DNA of 64,000 bases from NCBI GenBank assembly GCA_049852185.1, contig CP187540.1; one strand, given 5' to 3'. Below, piece by piece: positions 32,123-42,605 of this stretch. The DNA is from Methanocaldococcus sp. 28A (GTDB taxonomy: Archaea; AGJL01; Methanococci; Methanococcales; Methanocaldococcaceae). A program made the position numbers and the translations under genes. How positions within the stretch are numbered: the stretch's first letter is position 1; each line of letters begins with the position of its first letter. Below the pieces are notes generated by a model. The model did no database searches, was not told where the DNA came from, and saw nothing but the letters and a program-made list of their open reading frames with translations.

Positions 32123-32572
32123 GTGATTTTTATGAACGAGTTAAAGGTAAAGAGAATTGCAAATGGGACAGTTATAGACCATATAGACGCAGGAAAAGCA
32201 TTAATAGTTTTTAAGGTTTTAAATGTCCCAAAAGAAACTTCAGTAATGATAGCTATAAATGTCCCATCAAAAAAGAAAGGAAAAAAAGATATTTTAAAAA
32301 TTGAGGGCATTGAACTAAAAAAAGAAGATGTAGATAAAATATCCTTAATTTCTCCAGATGTAACTATCAACATCATTAGAAACTGTAAAGTGGTTAAAAA
32401 ATTAAAACCTCAAATTCCAGACAACATAGAAGGGATATTAAAATGTACAAACCCTAACTGCATAACAAATAAAGAAAAAATTAGAGGAAAATTTAAAATA
32501 GAGAGTAAAAATCCATTAAAGATTAGATGTTATTATTGTGAGAAGTTTTTAAATGAAGTGGTTTTTGAATGA
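32123..32572 (+). CDS. pyrI: Aspartate carbamoyltransferase regulatory chain
   Basis: NGTVIDHI, CTNPNCIT and CYYCE motifs. Confidence 0.96.
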   Translation: MIFMNELKVKRIANGTVIDHIDAGKALIVFKVLNVPKETSVMIAINVPSKKKGKKDILKIEGIELKKEDVDKISLISPDVTINIIRNCKVVKKLKPQIPDNIEGILKCTNPNCITNKEKIRGKFKIESKNPLKIRCYYCEKFLNEVVFE

Positions 32573-32575
32573 TAA

Positions 32576-32691
32576 TATAGTTTTGTGCAAAATAAACTAA
32601 ACTTTATAAGGAAAATTTGAATGTTTTCCAAAAAGAAGACATTCATTAATACCTTAATTATTAATTATAAATACTTTTACACAAAACTATA
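32576..32691. mobile_element. MITE-A copy, diverged
   Basis: tatagttttgtgcaaaa...ttttacacaaaactata. Confidence 0.8.
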
Positions 32692-32706
32692 ATTTAAAGG
32701 GAGAAT

Positions 32707-33093
32707 ATGGAATTAAAAGGAAGGAGTATTTCAAAAGGAGTTATTGAAGGAATAGCAATCGTTTCAAAAAAACCATTCTCTTTTTTAGGAGGTGTTGATA
32801 AACAAGGAAATATTATTGATAAAGACAGTGATTTATATGGGCAATCCTTAAAAGGAAAAATTTTCGTCTTTCCTTATGGTAGAGGAAGCACAGTAGGTTC
32901 TTATGTAATTTATGGTTTAGCAAAGAAAGGGATTTTAAAGGGGATAGTTAATAAAGAATGTGAGCCAATAGTTGCTACTGGAGCTATTTTAGGGGGGATT
33001 CCATTAGTTGATAAAATAGAGATAGAAAAAATAAAAACTGGAGATAGGATTGTTGTTGATGGAAATAAAGGAGTTGTAAAAATTTTAAGATAA
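32707..33093 (+). CDS. DUF126 / aconitase X swivel subunit (phosphomevalonate dehydratase small subunit)
   Basis: SFLGGVD and GRGSTVGSY motifs. Confidence 0.87.
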   Translation: MELKGRSISKGVIEGIAIVSKKPFSFLGGVDKQGNIIDKDSDLYGQSLKGKIFVFPYGRGSTVGSYVIYGLAKKGILKGIVNKECEPIVATGAILGGIPLVDKIEIEKIKTGDRIVVDGNKGVVKILR

Positions 33094-33182
33094 TATCCAA
33101 TAACAAAGTATGAATAAATCTTGATTTTTAAATTTTAGGTTTAGTTTATAATCTATTTTAAAAACTTTTTTGGTGATAATTT

Positions 33183-34196
33183 ATGAGTAGAGATGCTAAT
33201 CCATTCAAAAAAATGCCAACAATCTTAATGCCTGATGAATTGATGGCTAAAGCTTTAAGAAGAGGAGAAAAAGTTGCAAATGAGATGAGAAAGAAAGAGT
33301 TACCCTGGCTATTAAAAGCAAGATTTGTGGAAGAACATAAAGTAAGAACAATAGCCTCAGTTGTTGCTGATAATTTACAAAAAGTTATAGACAAAACACC
33401 TCCAGTAAGAAAGCTTCCTAAATTTTATCAGGAGATGGTTGAAGTTTTAGTAGGAATAGATGATTTCAAAAAATCTATGGGAGCGTTTAAATGGGCATCT
33501 GAATTAGTTAGAAAATTAGGTAATGAATATGCAAGAAAAATTAGAAAAGCAAAAACTCCACAACAGGCAGGAAAATTAAGGAAGGAATTTGTTGGTAGAG
33601 TTAAATCTATATTAGAGCAGATTCATCCAGAGATGGCATTTGTTGCTGTAGCAAGAGAGAAGCTAAAAGATTTGCCAACATTCAAAGACCTTCCAACTGT
33701 TGTTATTGCAGGTTATCCAAATGTTGGTAAATCAACATTATTAAAAAAACTTACTGGAGCTGATGTTGAAATAAATAGCTATCCTTTTACAACTAAGGGA
33801 ATAAATGTTGGATATATTGGAGAGATTCAGATGGTTGATACTCCTGGATTGTTAGACAGACCTTTATATGAAAGGAATGATATTGAGTTACAGGCTATTT
33901 TAGCTCTCAACTATTTGGCTAATTTAATTTTATTTATAATAGATGCCAGTGAATTTTGTGGTTATACTATAGATGAGCAGATAAATCTATTAAAAGAAAT
34001 AAAAGAGTTGTTTAAAGTCCCTATTGTTGTAGCCATAAATAAAATTGATTTAGTAAATGAAGAAAAAATTAAAGAAATTGAAAAGAAAGTAAGAGAAGTA
34101 GGAATTGAAAAAATATTAAAAATCTCAGCAGAAAAAGGTATTGGATTAGAAGAATTAAATAGAACTTTCGCATCCACATTTAAATACTTAGATTAA
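33183..34196 (+). CDS. NOG1-family GTPase with its C-terminus replaced by IS sequence
   Basis: GYPNVGKS, YPFTT, DTPG and NKID motifs. The last 12 codons read into the IS end. Confidence 0.9.
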   Translation: MSRDANPFKKMPTILMPDELMAKALRRGEKVANEMRKKELPWLLKARFVEEHKVRTIASVVADNLQKVIDKTPPVRKLPKFYQEMVEVLVGIDDFKKSMGAFKWASELVRKLGNEYARKIRKAKTPQQAGKLRKEFVGRVKSILEQIHPEMAFVAVAREKLKDLPTFKDLPTVVIAGYPNVGKSTLLKKLTGADVEINSYPFTTKGINVGYIGEIQMVDTPGLLDRPLYERNDIELQAILALNYLANLILFIIDASEFCGYTIDEQINLLKEIKELFKVPIVVAINKIDLVNEEKIKEIEKKVREVGIEKILKISAEKGIGLEELNRTFASTFKYLD

Positions 34197-35294
34197 CGAT
34201 AAACCAATTTCTTCACACAAAGAGATTATGGCATTACCAACGGCTATTCGATTTAGTTTTCTTCTAAGTTCGTACCAACTGATATTTTTATCGATTCTAA
34301 TTTTCTCTAAGAGGTAGAAGGCTCTCATAGAAAGGGAGATATGACCTAAAATTGGAAATTTTTTTCTAACGAAGAAATTGCCTGTATTACAGCACTGTTT
34401 AACACCCCTATGGAATTCCTCGATTCTCCAAGAGGCGTTTTTGACCTCTTGGAATTCTTCGAAACTCATAAATAGGTTATTAGTTATATAATATTTTGCC
34501 TTTCCGTTTTTGGAAAGGCAGAAGAGTCTAACATAGCCAACTTTTCGTAGATAAACGATTAATCCATTCTTAGGAATTTCCTTAAGGTCTTCGATTGATA
34601 CCCACTTTCCGTTTTTGGAGAGTTTTACCTTTCTATTCCTTTTAATTCTGCAGAGGTAGAATAAACCTAAACTATCGATAAGTTTTAAGTTATCTTTACT
34701 TGAATACCAACTATCGAAACAGATATATCTAATATTTAATCCTTTATCTACTAAAGACTTTATTATCTCCCTACATAAATTATTTTTCGTCTTTCCATCT
34801 CTTGGTCTGTCATATACTCTAAAATCGATTGGAATAATATGTTTTCCATTTGTAATTATGCAATCAACGATATGTATGCCTTTAATTACTCGTTTATGTA
34901 GATTACTCCAACAATAATAAGCAAATTCAGTCGATTTAGAGTAAATTTTATCTATAACAAAGTCATCTATAACGACAATATTATAATCAGGAGTGATTAA
35001 ATCTTTAACGAAATTAAAAAGCTTTTCTTGTGGGAAGATTCCTTCTTCCCAAAGTATTCTATTTATTGTATCGTGAGATATGTCGATTCCGAAAATACGC
35101 AACGTTTTCGATAACTCTACACACGAATTAATCTCTGAAAGTAATATAAAAAGCATATAAACGATAGTCCTCGACATTTTTAGCATATTTTCCCCAAAAT
35201 AAACTTTTTGTTTCGAAAAATTATAATATCTAATAAAAATAGATTATCATGAAATGTTATAATAAAATATTTAAATATGCTTGCAAAAGTCCTA
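34160..35294 (-). mobile_element. IS701-like insertion sequence, copy 1 (1135 bp)
   Basis: TIRs tag(a/g)acttt(c/t)gca...atttaaata. Flanks ttaaa and taata do not form a TSD. Confidence 0.9.
34188..35186 (-). CDS. IS701-like DDE transposase
   Basis: VIDDFVIDK, FDSWY and WRIEEFHRGVKQ motifs. Confidence 0.9.
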   Translation of the reverse strand: MLKMSRTIVYMLFILLSEINSCVELSKTLRIFGIDISHDTINRILWEEGIFPQEKLFNFVKDLITPDYNIVVIDDFVIDKIYSKSTEFAYYCWSNLHKRVIKGIHIVDCIITNGKHIIPIDFRVYDRPRDGKTKNNLCREIIKSLVDKGLNIRYICFDSWYSSKDNLKLIDSLGLFYLCRIKRNRKVKLSKNGKWVSIEDLKEIPKNGLIVYLRKVGYVRLFCLSKNGKAKYYITNNLFMSFEEFQEVKNASWRIEEFHRGVKQCCNTGNFFVRKKFPILGHISLSMRAFYLLEKIRIDKNISWYELRRKLNRIAVGNAIISLCEEIGLSLI

Positions 35295-35325
35295 TAATAA
35301 TAAGTAATATATAACTATCCTATAA

Positions 35326-35438
35326 TATAGTTGTGTGCAAAACTATCTTAATTAAAAAAGGTATTAAAGAATGCCTTCTAAAAGGAAGGCATCCAAATTA
35401 TCCTTACAAAAGTTTATTTCATTTTGCACACAACTATA
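35326..35438. mobile_element. MITE-A copy
   Basis: tatagttgtgtgcaaaa...ttttgcacacaactata. Confidence 0.9.
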
Positions 35439-35444
35439 ATAGAA

Positions 35445-36497
35445 TTATTGCTTATACCACTCATTAAATTTATTTTCTATAAATTCTCTTATTTTTATAG
35501 GTTCTAAACCATTAGCTATGCTATAAACTGCTACTCCTCCAGCTCCAACACCCTCTTTTACTGAACCTTTGCAGTAATTTTTTAACCCTTCAATTTTCGC
35601 ATCTTCAAAATAAAACTTAGATGCTAATATTGGAATTTCTCCAATTTGCTCAACTATCCCTTTTAAATCTCCTTTTTTATCATTTAAAACAAATTCAGTA
35701 GTACCTATGGCTATTAAGTTTTTATCTAAAATTTCTCGATTGATTTCTTTTATAATAGAGAGAACTGCACTCATCTGAGTGCCTCCAGCTAATATAACGG
35801 GCTTATTTTTTTCAGCAAAACTTATAGCTAAACCAGCAACAACAGGCATCATTTTATCTCCAACCGCATTTAAAACATCAAAGACAGATGAGTTTTCATT
35901 TATATCTGCTTTCTTTAAACCCTCTCTAACAATCTTTATTTTTAATTCATGAGGGTTATTTACAGAGCCAGAGCTAACCTTTCCCTCGGCATCATATCCT
36001 AAACCTAATAAAACTCCTAAGGCTGTTGTAGTTCCTCCAGGAACACTTTCTCCAACTATTAGCATATCAGCATCTAAGTTTTTTCCTAAAAGATAACCTT
36101 TTTTAAATAATTCTTTTGAGTTATTCATAGCTTTACCTTCTTCTATTTTTCCTGTAGGTTTTTCATCTACTTCTATAAAAGGAATCTTTGGTTTAATAAA
36201 AGCTCCAGCATCTATATGTAAGTTTTTTATATTTTTTAGCTCAACACATGCCCTTGTAATAGTTGCGGGGCTTGGAGAACCTGTAGCATCTATAGGTGGA
36301 GTTTTTAAAGTTAATGACTTTCCATAAAAAACAAGCTCAACATCTGCAGATGGTGTGTATTTAATAACCTCTCTATGAACTCCAGATATTGGTATGTATA
36401 AGGTTGTTTCTATTGATGAAATTACACAAGTAAATAATGGATTTTTTCCTTTAATTTTATCTAAAAATCCATTTTCATTTATTGCTATTATATGCAT
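35445..36497 (-). CDS. cobT: Archaeal nicotinate-nucleotide:dimethylbenzimidazole phosphoribosyltransferase
   Basis: GESVPGGTTTA, LAGGTQM and VKEGVGAGG motifs. Confidence 0.88.
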   Translation of the reverse strand: MHIIAINENGFLDKIKGKNPLFTCVISSIETTLYIPISGVHREVIKYTPSADVELVFYGKSLTLKTPPIDATGSPSPATITRACVELKNIKNLHIDAGAFIKPKIPFIEVDEKPTGKIEEGKAMNNSKELFKKGYLLGKNLDADMLIVGESVPGGTTTALGVLLGLGYDAEGKVSSGSVNNPHELKIKIVREGLKKADINENSSVFDVLNAVGDKMMPVVAGLAISFAEKNKPVILAGGTQMSAVLSIIKEINREILDKNLIAIGTTEFVLNDKKGDLKGIVEQIGEIPILASKFYFEDAKIEGLKNYCKGSVKEGVGAGGVAVYSIANGLEPIKIREFIENKFNEWYKQ

Positions 36498-36509
36498 TTT
36501 TATCCCTCA

Positions 36510-37343
36510 TTATATATTTAATCCTCGTTTTCTCAGCTCTTCATAAACTTCATAAGGTACTTTAGGTTTTTCCAAAATTTTTTTAGCCTTTTCTTTTGAT
36601 AACAAACCTAATCTAACAAGTGTTGCTACTCTATCAATCTCAAAGCTAAAACCATATTTATTATAAAATCTCTCCAATGCTACACCGAGCACTAAACAAT
36701 TTGTTGTATATCCTCCCAAATCTGGTTTTTTCCAAGGTAAATCTTCCAACATTTTATATTTCTCCTCTTCTTTAAATTTGTAAGGAGCTAATAATCTTAT
36801 CATCTTTATGCCTTCTTTCATTTCCCTTATTGCTGAATGTCCGAAAGGTAATTCATGCCCTGTAATTATATACTTCAACCTTAACAATTTAGCAACTCTC
36901 CAAACCTCTCTTAATATTAATTTTGAGCATCTTCTACAAGGGCTTTCTCCTCTTTTTATAGCATCTTCAAATAATTCAGTATAATCTCTATTTAATATCA
37001 TTAAATCAACATTATAATGTTTAGTTACATTTAAAGCATTTTCTATAGCTTCTTTAGCCATATACCTATTATCAACCATAACACATAATGGATTTAGTTT
37101 AAATTTCTTTTTTAATAGTTTTAATGCTAAAACACTATCTTTTCCACCAGAAAATGCTAAAACACAATGATATTTCCCAACTTCTTTTTTTAAATTAAAT
37201 AGAATTTCTTCAACCTCTTCTCTCATCTTATCGAAATTTGGTGGATACTTTAGCATTGTTAAACAATCTACACATATTGGTTTGCCTTCATGATTAACTA
37301 TCTTTTTTGTTTTTGATGTATGAACACAGATTGAACATTCCAT
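36510..37343 (-). CDS. PP-loop ATPase family protein
   Basis: AFSGGKDS, N-terminal CxxC pairs and PCRRC. Confidence 0.8.
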   Translation of the reverse strand: MECSICVHTSKTKKIVNHEGKPICVDCLTMLKYPPNFDKMREEVEEILFNLKKEVGKYHCVLAFSGGKDSVLALKLLKKKFKLNPLCVMVDNRYMAKEAIENALNVTKHYNVDLMILNRDYTELFEDAIKRGESPCRRCSKLILREVWRVAKLLRLKYIITGHELPFGHSAIREMKEGIKMIRLLAPYKFKEEEKYKMLEDLPWKKPDLGGYTTNCLVLGVALERFYNKYGFSFEIDRVATLVRLGLLSKEKAKKILEKPKVPYEVYEELRKRGLNI

Positions 37344-37420
37344 AATTTCACAGATAACATTTTATATGTGGATGAAAATTTATCAAAATTATAATATTAA
37401 ATTAATTTAAGGGGAGATGA

Positions 37421-37954
37421 ATGTTTTATAAGTTATTGTTTGCATCGCTTTGGTATATATTGCCAGCTTATGTTGCTAATGCTTCAGCATGTATTTTTGG
37501 TGGAGGAACTCCAGTAGATTTAGGAAAAAATTTTATTGATGGAAGAAGATTGATAGGTAATGGTGTAACATATAAAGGCAGTGTTTTTGGAATCCTATGT
37601 GGAACCTTAGTTGGAGTAATACAAGGAATTTTAGTAAATTTTAATATTTTTAACAGCTTAGATTTTTATGGTTCTGTTATTGACCATGCAATATTAGCTT
37701 TCTTTTTATCTACTGGGGCTGTTGTTGGTGATGCAGTTGGTAGTTTTATAAAAAGAAGATTAAATATTGAAAGAGGAAAACCTGCTCCATTATTAGACCA
37801 GCTTGATTTTGTAATTGGAGCTTTAGCATTTGGTTATATTGTAGCTCCAATACCTCAAGAGATGGCAATTATAATCTGTCTATTTACCGTGTTTATACAT
37901 TTACTTGGAAATATAATCGCTTATAAATTGGGAATTAAAGATGTTTGGTGGTAG
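37421..37954 (+). CDS. carS: CDP-archaeol synthase
   Basis: [18 protein letters not shown] and LDQLDF motifs. Confidence 0.93.
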   Translation: MFYKLLFASLWYILPAYVANASACIFGGGTPVDLGKNFIDGRRLIGNGVTYKGSVFGILCGTLVGVIQGILVNFNIFNSLDFYGSVIDHAILAFFLSTGAVVGDAVGSFIKRRLNIERGKPAPLLDQLDFVIGALAFGYIVAPIPQEMAIIICLFTVFIHLLGNIIAYKLGIKDVWW

Positions 37955-37956
37955 AG

Positions 37957-38439
37957 ATGATAACTATAGATATTGAGTTAAAAGATAAACCTGGTGAATT
38001 ATTGAGAGTCTTAACACCAATCTCAAAACATGGGGCTAATGTAATAAGTGTTATACATTCAAGAGAAGAAAAGAGAGGAGGAAAAGTTCCTGTAAGGATT
38101 GTTATTGATGTTGATGATAAAGAAAAATTAAAAAATATTTTAGAGGATTTAGAAAAGGAAGGGGCTATAATTAAAAAAATTGATGGGAAGGATAAAAAGG
38201 TTTATTTGGATGTTGTTGTTATAGGGCATGTTGTTGACACTAATATAAGAGATACAATAGATAGAATAAATGAAATAGGTCTTGTTGAAGATTTAGATTT
38301 AATTATGCCACATCCAGATAAAGAATCGTCAGCAATGATGAGAATTATTATTGATAAAGATAAAATAGAAGAACTATTTTATCTATTTGAAAAATTAGAA
38401 ATAGAAAAAGGTCTGTTATTTATAAAATCCATGTTTTAA
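37957..38439 (+). CDS. ACT-domain protein (homoserine dehydrogenase regulatory partner)
   Basis: [13 protein letters not shown] motif, directly upstream of hom. Start placed at ATG 37957. Confidence 0.82.
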   Translation: MITIDIELKDKPGELLRVLTPISKHGANVISVIHSREEKRGGKVPVRIVIDVDDKEKLKNILEDLEKEGAIIKKIDGKDKKVYLDVVVIGHVVDTNIRDTIDRINEIGLVEDLDLIMPHPDKESSAMMRIIIDKDKIEELFYLFEKLEIEKGLLFIKSMF

Positions 38440-38471
38440 AACAATATTTTGCAGATATTAATATTGGTGAG

Positions 38472-39485
38472 ATGATGGACATTATCATAATTGGATTTGG
38501 AGCTATAGGGAAGGGAGTTGCTAAGGTTTTGCATGAAAAGAGAGAATATTTAAAGAAAAACTATGAAGAGTTTAAGGTTGTTGCTATAACAGATAGCTCT
38601 GGAGCTGCAATAGATGAAAATGGGCTAAATTTACAAAAGGCAATAGAAGTTAAAGAGAAGACAGGAAAAATTAAAAATTATCCAGAAAAAGGAAAAGAAA
38701 TAAGCTCCATAGATGTTATAAGAAATGTTGATGCAGATGTTGTTGTTGAAGTAACACCATCAAACTTAGAGACAGGAGAACCTGCTAAAACCCACATCTT
38801 AGAAAGCTTTAAAAATAAAAAACATGTTGTAACTGCTAATAAAGGGCCTTTAGCTTTATGTTATAAAGAGCTGATTGAAGAAGCAAAAAAATATAATGTT
38901 ATTTTTAGACACGAGGCATCAGTTGGAGGAGCCATGCCAATAATAAACTTAGCTAAGGAAACATTAGCTGGAAATGAAATTTTATCAATAAGAGGAATTT
39001 TAAATGGAACAACCAACTATATATTAACAAAGATGGAAAAAGAGGGTTTAGATTTTGAAACTGCATTAAAAGAAGCTAAGGAATTAGGGATAGCTGAAAC
39101 AGACCCAACTCAAGATATTGAAGGTTTAGACACTGCAGCAAAGATTGTTATTTTAGCCAATTCAATTATAGGAATGGATAAAACAATTAAAGATGTAAAG
39201 GTTAAAGGAATTAAAAGGATAACTCCAGAAGCTCTATTTTTAGCTAATAAAAGAGGATATACAATAAAATTAATTGGGCAAATTAAAGATAAACACTTAA
39301 TCGTTGAGCCAATGCTTGTTCCAATAGACAATCCATTAAATGTCAAAGGAACTTTAAATGTCGCAATGTTTGAAACTGATTTGGCAAAAGAGGTTGTGGT
39401 TGTTGGAAGGGGAGCTGGGCCTATAGAGACAGCATCAGCTATTTTAAGTGATTTAATCCATATTTATCAAGCTACAAAAAGATAA
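38472..39485 (+). CDS. hom: Homoserine dehydrogenase
   Basis: [25 protein letters not shown] and GRGAG motifs. Confidence 0.96.
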   Translation: MMDIIIIGFGAIGKGVAKVLHEKREYLKKNYEEFKVVAITDSSGAAIDENGLNLQKAIEVKEKTGKIKNYPEKGKEISSIDVIRNVDADVVVEVTPSNLETGEPAKTHILESFKNKKHVVTANKGPLALCYKELIEEAKKYNVIFRHEASVGGAMPIINLAKETLAGNEILSIRGILNGTTNYILTKMEKEGLDFETALKEAKELGIAETDPTQDIEGLDTAAKIVILANSIIGMDKTIKDVKVKGIKRITPEALFLANKRGYTIKLIGQIKDKHLIVEPMLVPIDNPLNVKGTLNVAMFETDLAKEVVVVGRGAGPIETASAILSDLIHIYQATKR

Positions 39486-39508
39486 CTAATTTTGTTAATT
39501 ATTGATTT

Positions 39509-40369
39509 TTATTTTTTATTACCAGTATCCTGTGCTGTTGGATAAGGCATAAACTCAACAGTTCCTCTCTGCCTTATTGGTTGCTTATACAACTCCATTA
39601 GAATATAAACTTCGTCTGGAACATTTGTATCTACATTTAAACCAAGTTTTTTAGCTTCTTCAACAGTTATTGGATAGTCATGAGTCCATCTACCTTCTGT
39701 TAATGTCTTAGATAGCTCTTTAGCTTTTTCTTCCCCATATCTATCCTTTAATAAATTATATACAAAATTTTGTACTTGATTTATTGCTTTTTTAGCAATG
39801 TCTGCTAATATTAAAGTCTGGTCATCTACTTTTTCAACACCTTTCTGTTCAACAGCCCTAACAATACTTGGAGCAGGATACTGCCCAAGTTGTGGGTCTA
39901 CAGGTCCTAAGACGGCATTTTCATCCATAATTATTTTATCTGCGGCTAAAGCTATTAAAGTTCCTCCACTCATTGCGTAATGAGGAACTATAACTCTCGT
40001 TTCTGCTGGATGAGCCTTTAACGCTTTAGCTATTTGAGTAGCTGCTAAAACTAAACCTCCTGGTGTGTGTATAATCAAATCTATTGGTTTATCTTTAGGA
40101 GCAGACCTTATAGCTCTCAAAATCTCTTCACTATCTTCAATGGTTATAAATTTATAAACTGGAATCCCAAATAAACCAATACTTTCTTGCCTGTGTATCA
40201 ATGTTATCACTGTTGAATTCCTCTTATTTGAAAGTTCTTTAAGGATTTTTAATCTTGCAAGCTGTAATTGTTTATATTGTATTTGTGGAGCCATAATCAG
40301 ATAAAAGAATAGAAGCCACCAAATTAATGAGCCAATAAAACCACTAAACATATCCATTATTATCCCCAT
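39509..40369 (-). CDS. SDH-family ClpP-fold serine protease-like membrane protein
   Basis: HTPGG, AMSGGTLIALAAD, GPVDPQ and WTHDYPI motifs. True start is probably MDMFSG. Confidence 0.88.
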   Translation of the reverse strand: MGIIMDMFSGFIGSLIWWLLFFYLIMAPQIQYKQLQLARLKILKELSNKRNSTVITLIHRQESIGLFGIPVYKFITIEDSEEILRAIRSAPKDKPIDLIIHTPGGLVLAATQIAKALKAHPAETRVIVPHYAMSGGTLIALAADKIIMDENAVLGPVDPQLGQYPAPSIVRAVEQKGVEKVDDQTLILADIAKKAINQVQNFVYNLLKDRYGEEKAKELSKTLTEGRWTHDYPITVEEAKKLGLNVDTNVPDEVYILMELYKQPIRQRGTVEFMPYPTAQDTGNKK

Positions 40370-40371
40370 TA

Positions 40372-40530
40372 ATTATTTTCTTTATCCATTTATCTAACAT
40401 CTCTAAAAAATTACCTTCGCATAGGACTTCGCCCTATTGCTATACCCAGGATGCATTGCTTCCCTTAGGAAGCAATGCCTCTTAAATTATTATTTTCTTT
40501 ATCCATTTATCTAACATCTCTAAAAAATTA
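40372..40530 (-). repeat. Hairpin cassette (about 40414-40488) flanked by a perfect 42-nt direct duplication
   Basis: 40372-40413 is identical to 40489-40530. The insert has hairpins gcattgcttcc-ctta-ggaagcaatgc and atagg...cctat. Confidence 0.9.
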
Positions 40531-41930
40531 TCTTCGTTATCATTTATATTATTGTCTATTTCAATCTCTGGGATTTCTATTTCTAAATCAACATTAAAGG
40601 CATTTCTGCAGAAGTTTTCATAATCAATTTCTACCTCTGGAATTAATCCTCTACTCTCATTAACCACTTTTTTTATTCCATAAACTCTTATATTATATTT
40701 TTCAGCCAAATTTTTTAATTTCCCAAATAAATTCCAATCATACACTTTGTTTAAAATTATTCCCTCAACTTTAATCCCTAAATCTTTAAGTAAGCTGTAA
40801 TATGCCATTGCTTCTACAAAAGCCCCTTCTATTCCACTTATATTACAAGGACTTATTATATAAACTGGAAATCCAAGCCTTTTGGCAATTTGGTATGAGG
40901 AGATATTTTTTAATGCAGCTGTAAAAGCCCCCATAACTCCCTCAACAATAATATAATTATAATCTGATTTTTTTATATAATCTAAAAATTCAAAAACCTC
41001 CACCCATCCTCTCTCTCCAATCTTTATACTATTGTATTTTGTCATCCTCTCTCTCAATAAATATAAAGCTGGCACTATATCTCTAACATCTCCCCCAATT
41101 TTAGCAACAAAAACCCTTCCCTCTAATTTTGCAGATATAGCAGTGGTTAAAAATGTCTTTCCACTATTTGACGATGTAGCCAATAAAATAATTCCTCTCT
41201 TTTTATTTTTATCTTTCTTAGTATTATTATTTTTAATACTTTCTGGATTTAGCCTATATTTTAAAGCTCTCTTCCTTAGCTCATCCTTTATAATCTTATT
41301 TTTTTCAAAAATTTTCTCTTTTTCATCCTCTGTAACTCCCATAAACTTTAAAAAATTATCTCTAATAAATTCATTATCTAAGAAGTTATGAACCATTGTC
41401 CCAAACACTTTGCCTTTAAAAGCTCCAGAGATTATTTCTTGTTCTTTACTTAATTTATAATTTAGTTTTCTTACTTTTGAAATCGTAAAAATTTTTGTTT
41501 CTTTATCAACTATCTTAATGTCTCCATAGGTGTGACAGTGAAACCCCTCTCCTTTTCCTTCCCCGAATATTGATTTTTTCATCTCAAATTCAACTCTATC
41601 CGTACAAACCAATGGATAAAATTCAACATCTAACAAACCTAAACCCTCCCTAACAATTGGAATTACACTTTTCCTTCCAATGTCTATTTTTTTTGATAAG
41701 ATTTGGAATCCACTACATATTCCTATTATATAACCATCAAAGTTAATTATTTCTTTTTTTATCTCTTCATTTAATGATTTACTTTCAACTAAACTACCTC
41801 CTGGTATTATTAAAGTATCTAAATCTTTAATTTCTTTGTAGTTTTTTTCGTCTATAATTTTTGTTGTAAGATTTCCAAAATCTTCAAATAATGGTAGGGA
41901 ACCTTTTATATCTAAAATGCCAATTTCCAT
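40482..41930 (-). CDS. CobB/CobQ-like glutamine amidotransferase plus P-loop protein
   Basis: [21 protein letters not shown] and VEGVMG motifs. Confidence 0.82.
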   Translation of the reverse strand: MEIGILDIKGSLPLFEDFGNLTTKIIDEKNYKEIKDLDTLIIPGGSLVESKSLNEEIKKEIINFDGYIIGICSGFQILSKKIDIGRKSVIPIVREGLGLLDVEFYPLVCTDRVEFEMKKSIFGEGKGEGFHCHTYGDIKIVDKETKIFTISKVRKLNYKLSKEQEIISGAFKGKVFGTMVHNFLDNEFIRDNFLKFMGVTEDEKEKIFEKNKIIKDELRKRALKYRLNPESIKNNNTKKDKNKKRGIILLATSSNSGKTFLTTAISAKLEGRVFVAKIGGDVRDIVPALYLLRERMTKYNSIKIGERGWVEVFEFLDYIKKSDYNYIIVEGVMGAFTAALKNISSYQIAKRLGFPVYIISPCNISGIEGAFVEAMAYYSLLKDLGIKVEGIILNKVYDWNLFGKLKNLAEKYNIRVYGIKKVVNESRGLIPEVEIDYENFCRNAFNVDLEIEIPEIEIDNNINDNEDNFLEMLDKWIKKIII

Positions 41931-41975
41931 AAATTACCCCCCTATAGTCTATAAAAAATACTAATTGTGATATAA

Positions 41976-42605
41976 ATGGATTTAAAAGATATAAAGTTGA
42001 GGAAGATTATAGAAATATTAAGTTTAATTTTTACATTTGAGATAGTTATTTCTTTTATATTATCAACTTATAACCCTTCCTATCAAGATTTGTTAATAAG
42101 ATTAGATTATATTTCGATAATATTCTTTACCTTTGAATTTATATACAACTTCTATTATGCTAAAGATAAAGCAAAATTTTTTAAAGATGTTTATAATATT
42201 GTTGATGCTATAGTCATATTTGCATTCATACTATATTCTTTACAGATATTCTATTCAAAAGCGTTTTTAGGCCTAAGAGTAATAAATATTTTAAGAATTT
42301 TGGTTCTACTTAGAATAATTAAGTTGAGGAGGTTAAAAGAAAATCAGGAATTATTTAACTTTTTATCACTATTAATAATTTGCTTTATTTCTTCATGTTT
42401 AATATGGATTGCTGAATCAGGTGTAAATCCTGCAATAAACAATTTTTTTGATGCTTTTTATTTTACAACAATATCTATAACAACAGTAGGTTATGGAGAT
42501 ATAACTCCAAAAACAGCAGCTGGGAAGCTGATAATAATATTCTCTGTCTTATTCTTTATTTCTGGATTAATTACATCATTGCAAAAGGCTTTAAAGGGAG
42601 AGTAA
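41976..42605 (+). CDS. mvp: Voltage-gated potassium channel (MVP)
   Basis: S4 segment LRVINILRILVLLRIIKLRR and the TVGYGD filter. Confidence 0.92.
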   Translation: MDLKDIKLRKIIEILSLIFTFEIVISFILSTYNPSYQDLLIRLDYISIIFFTFEFIYNFYYAKDKAKFFKDVYNIVDAIVIFAFILYSLQIFYSKAFLGLRVINILRILVLLRIIKLRRLKENQELFNFLSLLIICFISSCLIWIAESGVNPAINNFFDAFYFTTISITTVGYGDITPKTAAGKLIIIFSVLFFISGLITSLQKALKGE

